Shown here in pieces: positions 1-12,667 of a DNA stretch of 64,000 nt. The stretch is taken from NCBI RefSeq assembly GCF_004010195.1, contig NC_057719.1, forward strand, positions 61,085,365 through 61,149,364. Direction: 5' to 3'. Both the position numbers and the translations under genes were made by a program. Source of the stretch: Chiloscyllium plagiosum. Its lineage: Eukaryota. A model generated the notes under the pieces. It did not search any database and was not told the origin of the DNA. It saw nothing but the letters and a program-made list of their open reading frames with translations. Numbering within the stretch: position 1 is the stretch's first letter; each line of letters starts with the position of its first letter.

Positions 1-1235
1 AGCATCCTCTGAGCCAAAACCACCCCAATACCGTACAGGGAGACATCACATGACAGCACCAGGGATCATAGTGTGCCAACACCTGAGATGATGATAGCTG
101 CTTCTTTGCTACCCTAAAGGCTACATCTTGGCTATGAGACTCTTTCCAAGGCTGACTCTTTTTCAACAGCAAATGTGAGGGTGCCAGGATAGAATCCAGG
201 GTATTTATGAACATTCTACATTAACTCTCCAATCCAAGGAAAGACCTAAACTCTGGTACAGATGTGAAAGCCAAGGCACCTTTAATCACCCTCACTTTAT
301 CTTACAATGGGTATAATTCAGACCTTTCGACTTTGTAGGCAAAGTAAGTCATTTGGGCTGCCTGCAACACATACCTTTCCCTTCTTAGGTGAAGGGAAAG
401 GTATGGAAAGATACCTAAGGACTATGTCCACGTTCTCTAAATGCTCTTTATTGGCCTTCCCTGTTATTAGCATGTCATCCAGACAAATGGCAACCTGGTG
501 TAAACTTGGTAAAATGGTGTCTATTGTCTGCTGAAAAATGATATAGGCTCATGATACCCCAAATGGCATATTGGTACATTGGTAAAATCTTATGAGTAAT
601 AATTGGAGCATATTTCTGGGAATCTGCATCTAACTGCAATTGCAGGTAAACATGGCTCAGGTCCAGCTGTGAAGGACAGTCCCCACCCACCCCACGCCAC
701 CATTGCACAGAAGTCCTCTATGTGAGGGGTTGGATATTTATCCAGCTGCAAGACAATTTACTGTCTGTTTAAAATTCCCATAAAAGTGAAACAATCTATT
801 GACCTTCACAATCAGTAGAACCGGTGCTGCCCATTCTGCAAACTGTTCTGGTTTGATTCCTTTATTTTCTAGCCTCCAGATTTCTGCCTCTATTTTTGCA
901 CATTTTGGCACTGGGCAGGCTTTGCAGCATTGTGAAATTGCTTCCTGGTCAACATGCAATGTGACCTTGGCTCCTTTGACAGTCCCTTGGTCTTCCTGAA
1001 AAACCTCCAAATATTTAATTAGGGCTTCACTCAGGCAGCCATTTTCTCATCACAAAATATTGAGCCAATCAAGGTAAAACCAAATTTACCCCATCAGGTA
1101 TGCGCCTGAGCCTTTTACTACCATCCTGTTACTACAATCAGTGGTAACTGAACCAGCTGCTTCTCAAATGAGATTAGAACTGAAGTTATATCCTCAAACT
1201 GTAAAGGTTCTCCGGTATCGGCTCTCAGTCTCGAC
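1..1235 (-). mobile_element. Decayed Ty3/Gypsy pol fragment (protease-RT region), running off the window start
   Basis: Minus-strand ORFs read 'EVFQEDQGTVKGAKVTLHVD...EWAAPVLLIVK' and 'SQLDLSHVYLQLQLDADSQKYAPIITHK'. A (Y)LDD-like 'ICLDDML' lies near 470-490. Many stops and frameshifts. Confidence 0.85.
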
Positions 1236-1324
1236 CCAAGGAGGAGGTATATGAAATAGCGAGGAAAAAAAACTGAGAACTGAGGAATGGGAATTCAATA
1301 AAGCAGGGCAAAAGGATTGATTTA

Positions 1325-2950
1325 CAAGGAAATGGCCTAAGATTCTCTATAGGTTCTGGAATAGTTCATACAGATTAGATGGTGGCGAATGTAACCCCTC
1401 CATTTATAAATGTTAGACGGAAAACTGGGATTATTGACCAGTGAAGTCAGCTGACATCAGCAGTGGGGAAAATGCTCAAATCTGTTAAAAAAGGTTTAAC
1501 AGCAGAGCACTATAAAAACAGTGTTGAAGAGTGTGACATTGGAAAAGCACAACAGGTCAGGCAGCATCCAAGGAGCAGGAGAGTCGATGTTTTGGGCATT
1601 TGCCCTTGCTTATGCCTGAAACATTGACTCTCATGCTCCTCAGATGCTACCTGACCTGCTGTGCTTTTCCAATGCCACTTTTCGACTCTGACTCTCCAGC
1701 ATCTGCAGTCCTCACTTTGTCCTAGTCACTATAAAAACAGTGACAGGATCGTAAGCATGGATTTACAAAAGGGAATTCATGCTTCACAAATTTGCTGGAA
1801 TCACTGACGATATAATTCACAGAGTTGATGAGGGTGAACCATTGGATGTGGTATATTTGTACTTTCAGAAGGCTTTGACAAAGTCCCACATAAGAGATTA
1901 TCATTTAAAATTAAAGTGGGCTTAGTATATTGAAATGGATAGAAAAACTAGTGGGTAGAGAGGAAACAAAGAAAGAAATAAAAAGAATCTTTGCCAAATG
2001 TCAAAAGCAGCGGCTAGTGGGCTACTGCAGAAATTATTGCTGGGACTCCAGCTATTAACAACAGTTATTGCTGATTTAGATGAGGAAACTAAATCTAATA
2101 TTTCCGAATTTGCAGATGACACTGGGTGAGTGGGTAAGCTGTGAGGACGTAGAGATGCTTCAGTGTGATTTGGACAGGCTGAGTGAGTGGGAAAATGCAT
2201 GACAGAAGGAGAATAATGTGAATGGATAAATATAAGATTATCCACTTTTGGAGTAAAAACAGGAAGGCAAATTATTGTGCGACTGGCTATAAATTAAGAG
2301 AGGGGAATGTGCAAAGAGACGTGGGTGGTCCTAGTGCACCACTCACTGAAGGTAACCATGCAAGTGCGCAGGCAGTAAAGAAAGCAAATGGTATATTTGG
2401 CTTCATAGCCAGAGGATAAGTATAGGAGCAGAGATTCCTTGCTGCAATTATACTGAGCTTTGATTGCATCACAGCTGGAATACTGCGCACAGTTTGGTCT
2501 ACTTATCTGATAAAGGATATTCTTGCTACACACAGAGTGCAGTGAAGATTTACCAGATTGCTTCTTGGATGGATGGACTGATGTTTGAGGAGAGGCTGAA
2601 TCAATTCGGACAATATTTGCTTGAGTTCAGAAGAACAGAAATTTTATAATTTCTAGACAGCTAGACAGGCTGGAAGCAGGACAGATGGGTTCCTGATAGT
2701 AGGGTGTCTAGAACTAGGAGTCAGTATAAGAGAAAGGGGTAAACTATTTACAATTGAGAAGAGGAGACATTTATTCGCTATTGAACCTATGGAATTCGCT
2801 ACCAATTAAAATAGTTAAGGATGAAACACTAAGTGTTTTCAAGAAGGAGTTGTATATAACACTCGGGGCTAAAGGGATCAAAAAATACAGAGGAAAAGTG
2901 GGAACAGCAGGCTCAAAAGGCCAAACGGCTTATTCCTGTTCCTATGTTCT
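1325..2950 (+). mobile_element. Old degenerate CR1 LINE (RT region to 3' end), interrupted by a PLE-derived insertion
   Basis: Recognisable CR1 RT motifs: 'DFQKALTK', 'FADDT' (tttgcagatgacact ~2110), 'LEYCAQF' and 'NLWNSLP'. Confidence 0.85.
1524..1726. mobile_element. Short fold-back PLE-derived element with 16-bp TSD
   Basis: Inverted arms (ggaaaagcacaacaggtcaggcagcatc / gatgctacctgacctgctgtgcttttcc). Flanked by the exact direct repeat cactataaaaacagtg at 1508-1523 and 1727-1742. Confidence 0.85.
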
Positions 2951-3067
2951 GTTTCTAACTCATTTGGTAATGTCCATGAGCTGAGATAATTAATCTCCAA
3001 CAATTGTAATGACCTCCCTTTTTACTGGGTATGGCTTAAACCAACAAACAGGTTTCCCCCAGATTCC

Positions 3068-3252
3068 AAACAAAAATAGAGATTGCTGGAAAAGCTTAGC
3101 AGGTCTGGCAGCATCTGTGGAGAGAAATCAGAACTAATGTTTTGGGTCAAGTAAACCTTTCTCAAAACATTAACTCTGATTTCTCTCCACAGATGCTGCC
3201 AGATCTGCTGTGCTGTTCCAGCAACCTTCTATTTTTGTTTCTTTTTTTTTGA
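3068..3252. mobile_element. Short fold-back PLE-derived element (second family)
   Basis: Inverted arms gctggaaaagcttagcaggtctggcagcatctgtggagagaaatcag / ctgatttctctccacagatgctgccagatctgctgtgctgttccagc. Degenerate flanking repeat around cagattcc. Confidence 0.75.
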
Positions 3253-3580
3253 TTTGCCCACAGATTCCCATTGACTTCAATTTTGTCAGGGCAACTTGAT
3301 GCATACTCAATCAAATACTGCTTTGATATCACAGCAGTCAATCTCACTTCAGCTCTGGAGTTCAGCTCGTATCCATGTTTGGAAGTCACGAGCCAAAAGG
3401 TCTTGACAGAGCTCAAACTCAGTATGACTGAGCTCGGGACCCCTTTGCAAGTGCCACTTGATAGCACTGACGATGACTCTTTGCTGATAATCAAAAGTAG
3501 ATGAATGAAGAGGTAACTGACTATGTTGGATTTGCCCTGCTTTTTATGCTCAGGGCATACCTGGGCAATTTTCTTGAAAT
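3253..3580 (-). mobile_element. RT fragment of the second CR1-like LINE family
   Basis: Minus ORF 'ELNSRAEVRLTAVISKQYL' resembles the RT region of the 7670-11470 element near 10380-10440. Confidence 0.6.
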
Positions 3581-3689
3581 CATTCAATGTTTTGTCCTCA
3601 ACTGCTTTTTGTGATAGCAAATTCCACAGGAGAATAAATGTCTCCTCATCTCATTCCAAAGTAGTTGGTAACAATAGCTGCTCTTGTTA

Positions 3690-4605
3690 AACAAATTAGT
3701 ACGTTTGCAAATGACACCAAAATTGGAGGTGTAGTGGACAGCAAAGAAGGTTACCTAATAGCACAATGGGACCTTGATCAGATGGGCCAGTGGGCTGATG
3801 AGTGGCAGATGGAGTTTAATTTAGATAAATGTGGGGTGCTGATTTTGGAAAGGCAAATCAGAGCAGGACTTATACACTTAATGGTAAGGTCCTGGGAGTG
3901 TGCTATACAAAGAGATCTTGGAGTATAGGTTCATAATTCCTTGAAAGTGGAGTTGCAGATAGAAAGGATAGTGAAGAAGGCGTTTGGTATGCTTACCTTT
4001 ATTGGTCAAAGCATTGACTCCAGGGGCTAGGTGGTCATGTTGCAGTGGTACAGGAAATTAGTTGTGCCACTTTTGGAATATTGTGTGCAATTCTGGTCTT
4101 CATCCTATCAGAAGAATGTTGTGAAATTTGAAAGGGTTCAGAAAAGATTTACAAGAATGTTGCCAGGAAAGTTTGAGCTATAGGGCGAGGCTGATTAGGC
4201 TGGGGCTGTTTTCTCTGGAATATCAGAGGCTGAGGGCTGACCTTATAGAGATTTATAAAATCATGAGAGACATGGATAGGGTAAACAGACAAAGTCTTTT
4301 TCCTGGGGTGGGGAGTCCAGAACTAGACAGCATAGGTTTATAGTGAAAAGGGAAAAGTTTAAAAGGGACCTAAGGGGCAACTTTTTCACACAGAGGGTGG
4401 TGCATGTATAAATGAGCTGCCAGAGGAAGTGGTGGAGGTTGGTACAATTACAACATTTAAAAGGCGTCTGGGTGGGTATGTGAATAGAAAGGGTTTAGAG
4501 GAATGGGCCGCGTGCTGGAAAATGAGGCTAGATTAGGTTAGGATATATGGTCGGCATGGACGAGTTGGACCGAATGGTCTGTTTCCTTGCTGTATATCTC
4601 TTTTA
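3690..4605 (+). mobile_element. 5'-truncated CR1 LINE (HER1-like), 3' part
   Basis: ORF '[37 protein letters not shown]', followed by the CR1 3' tail (ggtcggcatggacgagttggaccga). Confidence 0.92.
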
Positions 4606-5614
4606 CCCTAAATGCTAGATGTAAACCAGAAGAAATACCAGACAACATTGAATCACAAATGAGCAATTATTTTGTTTATTTATTGGAGCACACCTCACTA
4701 TTTTCAGAAAATCAGCTGAATTTATTCTTAGAAGACAACATAGAATGAAGTTTTTTTTAATCACTGAAACCACTTTTAACAATACCAGTAGAAGAACAAC
4801 AATCTAGGCTGAAAAATAAGCAGTATAGGGACATAGCGAGGGAGAAAGAAGGTTTCGGTGAAAGAGCATCATCACATTTGGTTGAAGTGGCTGTCAAGAA
4901 GAATTGTTAGTGTGTGCTCCTTGCACATATTTGGTCATGTTGTTTGACAGTGGAAAGGTTAGGTTTATACTCGAGATCATGTTTTACTTCAAGTAGGCAG
5001 TAGGGTATTTGATTTCCATATGCTATATTGTTCTTTCTCTGCCTTACAAAGATATCACAATAACTTTGAGGGTGAGTATTGCAGAGCTCCCGATTCTATC
5101 AACATTTCTATATTTCAAAAGCTCGATGATTTGCCTCATGGTGGACCTTGTCGAGTCATATGGCAGTCGTTGTATGCAGAAGCCGTTGTTTTAGAGTAAA
5201 CTCTTTATTCTCAGGATTTAGCAACAAAAGCAGTGATCAGAAGAGCTGATGAAATTTGGTCTATCTAAAGATTTAGGAGTTGAGCCAGCTTCCTGGAAAC
5301 CTGACCGATCCTCTTGTGGTCACAAATGCCATGAAGATTATGGGAGCAGAACCTCATTCTGCCAGAAAGGTGAATTTCTTTACTGACAAAAGCACCAACC
5401 TAAACTTGGGGCACATTGAAGAGATATGCAGGACTTGGGGAGGTCTGAAATCCCCTGCAGACAGATATTTGAGTTTATAAGCATCAGTACCAGTTGTCAG
5501 AGCTGTCTCTCATCTGAAGCTAGCGGTAGCATCATCAGGGTCAGTGAGTAATGCTTGCTACTGCCAAGAACTCTACATAAAGGTAATGCTGGTACCAGCA
5601 TGAACGTACAGGCC

Positions 5615-5732
5615 AGGAGAAAGTGAGTACTGCAGATGCTGGAGATCAGAGTCAACAGTCTGGTGCTGGAAAAAGCACAGCATTCAAGGAGCAGGAGAAT
5701 CAACGTTTCAGGCATAAGCCCTTCATCAAGAA
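5615..5732 (-). mobile_element. PLE terminal-repeat fragment with decayed hammerhead core
   Basis: Reverse complement reads ttgatgaagggcttatgcctgaaacgttga. Same family as 16382-16546 and 54225-54425. Confidence 0.75.
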
Positions 5733-5810
5733 ACATGCCACCACTATAATGTAAAGGCTAAATTGGAGCTGGGGAATTCCTAATTAAGATAAAATGTTAA
5801 AAATGAAATC

Positions 5811-6126
5811 AGCACATGGCACAGTGGTTAGCACTGCTGCCTCACAGCGCCAGAGACCTGGGTTCAATTCCCGCCTCAGGCGACTGACTGTGTGGAGTTT
5901 GCACGTTCTCCCCGTGTCTGCGTGGGTTTCCTCCGGGTGCTCCGGTTTCCTCCCACAGTCCAAAGATGTGCAGGTTAGGTGAATTGACCATGCTAAATTG
6001 CCCCTAGTGTTAGGTAAGGGGTAAATGTAAGGGTATGGGTGGGTTGCGCTTCGGCAGGGCAGTGTGGACTTGTTGGGCCGAAGGGCCTGTTTCCACACTG
6101 TAAGTAATCTAATCTAATCTAATCTA
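5811..6126 (+). mobile_element. V-SINE (HE1-like), full length
   Basis: tRNA-derived head (cagtggttagc...gggttcaattcc), V-domain (gtgtggagtttgcacgttctccccgtgtctgcgtgggtttcctccggg), CR1-like tail and (aatct)n end. Confidence 0.92.
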
Positions 6127-7044
6127 AAACTTGTGCACTGTTCAGTTTTTAGTATCTTAACAATGAAGGAATGGTTCTATTTCCATATCGCTGGATAGTA
6201 ACATTACCTGAAAATTTCCAAATTCATTCATGTCAGGAACTCTCAAAGTTGAGTACTGCTTAATAAGAGGTACATGTAATATAATCAGAAAATTAAATGA
6301 AAATATTTATTGATAGATAGCACCAAATTGAGACCAAACCCTTGAAAATGTTCCAATCACTTGTATGGATGGGATAATCATAGCATTGTCACATGTATCA
6401 AAATAGTTTTCAGAAATTCTCCAGTATCTGACTAGTCTGTTGTAAAAAACCAAAGCTGATTTCAGCTGTGCATAGTGTAGCATATTGTGAATAAAATTCA
6501 TAGTAATGAGAATGTTTACTTGTTTTTTTTTAAACATCATGATGACAATTGATTTATGTCACAGCATGTTTAGAATAAGCTAACGAATATGCTGTAAATT
6601 TTAAGACCTATCTGACTGTGATCTGGAGTTTCCCATATGAATAACCTTGGTGTTTGTTAAAGAAGCCTCAACCTTGACCATACCTTCACAAAAATCTCAA
6701 ATTATAATCTCATCCAGTATTTTATCATTAAAATTACATCCTTAAAATATAAAAATTTGTTACTGCAGTTAATTTTACTCAACAATTCAATCCGCTACCC
6801 AGCCCAAACCACTGTGTGGTGTTAACCAATCTAATCTATTCGAATTAAGAAGGTTGCTTTTGCATAAAAGAGAAGGCACAACAAGTAACCTCCAAAGTCA
6901 AGGTGTAAAACTAAGAAATTTACAACTGACTTAGCTCTAATCTTATGTATCAAAAGAAGATTCTTTGCATGAATTATAATCTGTTTGTTGGAGGACAAAT
7001 GTTCTCCATTCTGATATTATTAGGATATAAATTTATTTCACACT

Positions 7045-7210
7045 TCTTTGGTTTGTTTACTTGTGGGATGTGGGTGTCACTAGCTGGCCAGGATTTATTG
7101 CCTATCCCTAGTCTCCCTTGTGAAGTGGTGGTGACCTGCCTTCTTTAACCACTGCAGTCCATGTGCTGCAAGGTAGACCTACAACGTACTAAAGGAAAGA
7201 ATTCCAAGAT
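7045..7210 (-). mobile_element. 3' end fragment of the second CR1-like LINE family
   Basis: Reverse complement of the tail seen at 8920-9020 (tgggatgtgggtgtcactagctggccaggatttattgcc). Confidence 0.7.
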
Positions 7211-7669
7211 CTGAATGGGAGAACAAAATGAACAATAATGAGTTGGCCACATATTCTTACTCTGTCCAGTTCCTTTTCAAAACAATTTTATAATCCAGCA
7301 TGTCCATTTTGCATCAGTCCAATTGCATATGTTTATGTCCTGGGCAAGATTGATTAATGTGATTGCTAGGATCATATCTGCTTTATTTTGACTTACATGT
7401 TGCAAGTCATCTTCAAGGAGGAAATCATCAAATGCTTGTCATTTTCAAATAGTAGTTCATCTTCAATCCCAACTGTGGGAATGTGTATGTGAATATTTCA
7501 TATTGAAAGTAAAGTTCATCAGTACAATTCTGCCCTTTTCACTTATATTAAATTGATGGATCTTCAACATGAATATTAATGATTATTTCAGTTATGTTAT
7601 CACCAAATACACATCAGCATACTTCTATTTCTGTAAAATGATGAACAAGCAGCAAATTAAATCTGTGGG

Positions 7670-10600
7670 GATGGCCTAGTCATATCAACAGTAGACAATC
7701 CAGAAACTTAGCTAATGTAGCAGTGACGCAGATTCAAACCTCACGACAGCAGATGGTGGAAATTGAATTTAATAACAAATATTTGGAAGTAAGGATACAA
7801 TGAAAGTATTGTTGAGTGCCAGAAAGACCCATTTGGCTCACCAACATCCTTCAGGGTAGGAAATCTGCCATCCTCGCCTGGGGGAGCATGATGGCTCAGT
7901 GGTTAGCATTGTTTCCTCACAGCAGCAGGATCGATTTCACCCTCAGGCAATTGTCTGTGTGAAGTTTGCACATTTCCCAGTGATTGCGTGGGTTTCCTCC
8001 CACAGTCCAAAGAAGTGCAGGTTAAGTGGATTAAGAATGGTAAATTGCCCCATGGTGGCCAGGATGTGCAGGCTACGTGGATTAGCCATGGGAATTGCAC
8101 TGGACCAGGGATAGGGTTAGAGGGTGTGAGTCAGGGTGGGATGCTCTTCGGAGGGTTGGTGTGGACTTGATGGGCTGAATGGCCTATATCTGTACTGTAG
8201 GGATTCTATGATTCGATGGTCTGGCCTATATTTGATTTCCAGAACAACAACAATGTGATTGACTCTCAAATGCCTTCTGAAAAGGCTGAGCAAGTCACTC
8301 AGTTGTATCAATTGTTATGAACTCGAAAAAGAAAAGAACAGACCACCTAGTATCAACCTGAAAAGACAACATCAGAAACCGCCCTGTTGATCCTGTAAAG
8401 TCCACCCTATGAATATACAGGGTCTAGAGCCAAAATGGATGGGCTGTCTCACAGACTAGTCAAGCAAAGCCTGACATAGTCTTACTCATGGAATCATGTC
8501 TGACAGACAATGTCCCAGACATCACCATCACCATCCCGAGATATATCCTGTCCCACCAACTAGAAAGACCAAGCATAATGTTCAAACACAGTGGGATACA
8601 GTCAGGATGGAGTTGCCCTGGGAATCCTCTACATTGACTCCAGACCCCATGATGCTCAATAGCAGCAGTGTGTACTATCTACAAGGTGCACTGCAGAAAT
8701 TTACCAAAGATCCTTAGACTGCACCTTTCAAATCCATGACCACTTCCATCAAGAAGGACAAGGAAGAGATACATGGGAACACTACCACCTGCAAATTCCC
8801 ACAAAGCCACTCATCATTCCTCACTTGGAAATACATTGCCATTCATCACAGTAACCGGGCCAAAATATTGGAATTCCCTCCCTGAGGTTATTGCAGGTCA
8901 ACCTACAACATGTGAACTGCAGCAGTTTAAGAAGGCAGTGCACCACCACCTTCTGAAGGATGTCAACTAGGACAGGCAATAAATTCTGACCCAACCAGTG
9001 ATGCCCATATCCCATCAGTGAATACAAGAATGGCATACTCTTACTGACCAAACCAGTGTCATGGTTTCAGGTTAAACCTGGGTGAGGAAACTTCCTATTC
9101 ATTACCAGATACTATCCTGCCTCAGTTGATGAATTGGTACTCCTCCATGTTTAACAACACTTGGAGAAAGTAACTGAAGGTGGCAAGGACACAAAAATGC
9201 ACTCTGAGTGGGGGATTTCAGTGTCAACCATTAGGGTGGTTCGACAGCAACACTAATGATTGAACTGGTCGAGCCCTGAAGGACACAGCATGCATGACTG
9301 GGTCTGCGGCAGGTGGTGAGGGAACCAAAAGAGGGAAAAACATACTTGACCTCATTCTTACTAATCTGCTGGTGACAGACACATCTGTCTCAGAGAGTAT
9401 TGGTAAGAGTGAACAATACAGCCTTTGTGGAGACAAAGTCCAGCTTTCACATTGAGAGCACCCTCCATAATGTTGTGTGGCCACCATGCTAAATAGAATA
9501 GACTTTGAACAGATCTCACAGCAGCAAAACTGTACTCCAGCACAATCTGTAAACTCATGGCCTGGCATTTTGGCCACTTAATGATTACTATCGACCCAGG
9601 AGATCAACCCTGGTTCAATGGAGAGTGCAGAAGGGCATGCCAGGAGTAACACCAAGCATACCTAAACAAAATACAAGTGTCTACCTGGGGAATCGGTTGA
9701 ACAGGACTATTTGCATGACAAACAGCATAGGCAACAACTGATAGGCAGAGCTCAGCAATCCCACAACCAATGGATCAGACTTAAGCTCTGCAGTCCTGCC
9801 ACAACCAGCCACAAATGGTGGCTGACAATTAAACATCTCACTAGAGGAAGAGGCTCCATAAATATCTCCAACCTCAATGATGGAACAGTTCAACACAGAG
9901 TGCAAAAGATACAGCTGAACCATTTGCTGCAATCTTCAGTCAATACAGCCAAGTGGATGATCCATCCTGGCCTCCTCCAATCATCCACAGAATACAGATA
10001 TCAGCTTTCAGCCAATCTTGGCACTGGATATTGCCAAGGCAATGGGCTCTGACAATGTTCTAGCAATAGTACTCAAGACATATGCTCCAGAACTTGCTGC
10101 TCACTTAGCTAAGCTCTTCCCGTACAGTTACAATATTAGCATCTCTCCCCAACAATGTGAAAAATTGCCCAGGTATGTCCTATACACAAAAAAAAGGATA
10201 AATTCAATCCGGCCAATTATCACCCCATCAGCCTACACTCAATCATCAGTGGAGTGATGGAAGATGTCATCAACAATGCTATCAAACAGCACTTGCTCAG
10301 CAATAACCTGCTCACTGATGCCAATTTTGGGTTCTGCTAATCCACTCACCTTATACAGCCTTGGTTTAAACATGGATAAAAGAGCTGGATTCCAGGGATG
10401 ATGTGAGAATGACAGGTCACATTTCACTGAGTGTGGCATCAATGAGTCCTAGCAAAACTGAAATCAGTGGGTCTTAGAGACAAACTCTTCACTGCTGGGA
10501 GTCCTATCTGTCACTTGGTGGTTGTTGCAGGTCAGTCATCTCAGCTCCAGAACATCTCTGCAGGAGTTCCTCAGGGATGTGTCTAAGGTCCAATCATCTT

Positions 10601-11470
10601 CAGCTACTTCATCAATGCCTTCCTCAATCACAAGGCCAGAAGTGTGGATGTTTGTGACTCCTCGATTCTGAAGCAGTCCATGTCCAAATGCAACAAGATC
10701 TGGACAACTTCCAGGCTAGCTTTCACAAGTGGCAAGTATCATTTGCATCACACAAATGTCGAGCAATGGCCATCTCCACAAGAGATAATCTAACCAATGC
10801 CACTATGACATTCAATGGTGTTAGTGTCACTAAATCCGCCACTATCAACATACTGGAAGTTACCATTGACCAGAAACTCAACTGGATTCACCACATAAAC
10901 ACAGCGACTACAAGAGTAGATCAGAGGCTAGGAAAACTGTGGCAAGTAACTCACCTCCTGACTCCCCAAAGCCTGTCCATCATCTACAAGGCATAAGTCA
11001 AGAGTGTAATGAAATACTCCCCGCTTGCTTGAAATGAGTGCAGCTCCAACAATGCTAAAACTTGAAACCATCCACGACAAAGCAGCCAGCTTAATCAGCA
11101 CCAAATTGCCACTACCTTCCCGACTATCGATGCTCAATAGCAGCAGTGTGTACTATCTACAAGATGCATTGCAGAAATTTACCAAAGATCCTTTGACAGC
11201 ACCTTCCAAACCCATGACCACTTCCATCTAGAAAGACAAGGAAGAGATACATGGGAACACCACCACTTGCAAATTCCCAACAAGCCACTCACCATTCCTC
11301 ACTTGGAAATATATCGCCAAAATACCGGAATTCCCTCCTTAAGGTTATTGTGGGACAACCTACAGCATGTGAACTGCAGCAGTTTAAGAAGGCAGCACAC
11401 CAGGATCTCAACAAGGACAGGTAATAAATCCTGACCCAGCCAGCAACGCCCATATCCCATCAGTGAATAT
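7670..11470 (+). mobile_element. Near full-length decayed CR1-like LINE with tRNA-like 5' head, APE and RT
   Basis: APE start 'NIQGL...SHRLVKQ..DIVLLMES' (~8410-8495), 'ILDLILTN' (~9340), RT 'GVPQGCV' (~10563) and 'NILEVTIDQKLNW'. Tail cccatatcccatcagtgaat. Confidence 0.85.
7881..8216 (+). mobile_element. V-SINE (HE1-like, older copy) nested in the LINE head
   Basis: V-domain gtgtgaagtttgcacatttcccagtgattgcgtgggtttcctcccacagtccaaag and tail ggattctatgattc. The host sequence resumes at tggtctggcc. Confidence 0.85.
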
Positions 11471-11780
11471 AAGAATGGCATACTCTAACTGACCAAACCA
11501 CAAATTAAATCTCATCAAACAAATTTAGGATGCCACCTACTGCAAAATGAAATGCAGGTGTAGTTTACAGCCAATTTGTAATGGTACTGATATCAATGCA
11601 AATTTCCAAAAATATTTTACAACTTAAAGGGCATTCTCAATTTTGATATAATGTCCTTAAATTCAAAGAGAGATATACGGCATCTTCCATGACCAACTTC
11701 AAAACCCCAACAACTGAAAGTGCAGGTCATGGAATATGCTTTTAAATACAATAGTAGGTTTTTTGGGATACTGAAACTAA

Positions 11781-11835
11781 TACAGAGGAACCTCAATTAT
11801 CCGAATATCAATTATCTGAATTTCGGATTATCCAT
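11781..11835. mobile_element. Tc1/mariner-Tigger-type terminal inverted repeat; element probably extends to ~12330
   Basis: TA followed by cagaggaacctcaattatccgaatatcaattatctgaatttcggattatcc, the repeated attatccg pattern typical of Tigger/pogo TIRs. Other end not found. Confidence 0.5.
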
Positions 11836-12667
11836 AGAAGATCTCAAGGTCCCAATAGAAATATTACATCAAGGAGGTATTTCCAACACTGATCATATCT
11901 TTTGTTTACAGTAATTAAAAATAAACTCGGCTTACTGAAATGCTGCAAAGAACAGTCCTGGACATCGATGGGAGCCCAGGCACCGTCTCCAAATGACTGA
12001 CCGCCCGCCCTCTCTCTCTCCCTACACTATCCCTGGAATTCTACACAGGGGTGTACCCTAAACCCCCTTCCCGAGATAATCTCTCCAACATTGTCCTGTA
12101 CAGGGCAAAGGTGGAACTTGTCAAAATGTTGCAGTAAAAAAATTGTGTGTGTGCGTGTGTGTGTATATGCTATTTTGAGACTCACCCTACAAGGCAGCAG
12201 CAGTCTTACTTTTGGTGTTCAGTCCGGCTGCCTGGGGGGGTGTGGCGGCGAGGTGGCTGGGTCGGATGTGGGGAGGGTTGGGGGCATGGGAGTAGTGGGG
12301 GCTCACGCGCAGTGTGTTGCTGCCTAATCTCCTAACTAAAAATATGTATTGACTGACCTTAATCAATTGTTGAACTTATCGTACTTCTTAAGGCACTGAT
12401 TCCTCAGAGCTAAACTGTTGGCATTGACTGTGATGGCTCCCTGCTTCCACTATCTTCATATACCTGAATTTCATGGCATGGTGGCCTCTAGCCACCAGTT
12501 CAAAAGCTAATGCAACCTGCCCCAACTATGTCTGGAATCCCTGACAGGATTAAATTTCAATCAAGCCTATCATTAGAGTTCCTGTGCCTTTGGAGCTGAG
12601 CGCTGCAGCTCCAAAGTACTTCGAGCCAATTAGACAGCTGGCAGCTTTTTATATCCAACAATGCAAT

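Noticed and set aside
3162..3620. 152-aa minus ORF
   Set aside because: A chimera of decayed LINE fragments and a PLE hairpin; not a gene.
5811..5880. tRNA-like A/B boxes at SINE heads
   Set aside because: Parts of V-SINEs, not independent tRNA genes.
7397..7474. Possible minus-strand exon (GIEDELLFENDKHLMISSLKMTCN) with cag/gtaagt ends
   Set aside because: No recognisable protein and no partner exons on that strand; cannot be distinguished from chance.
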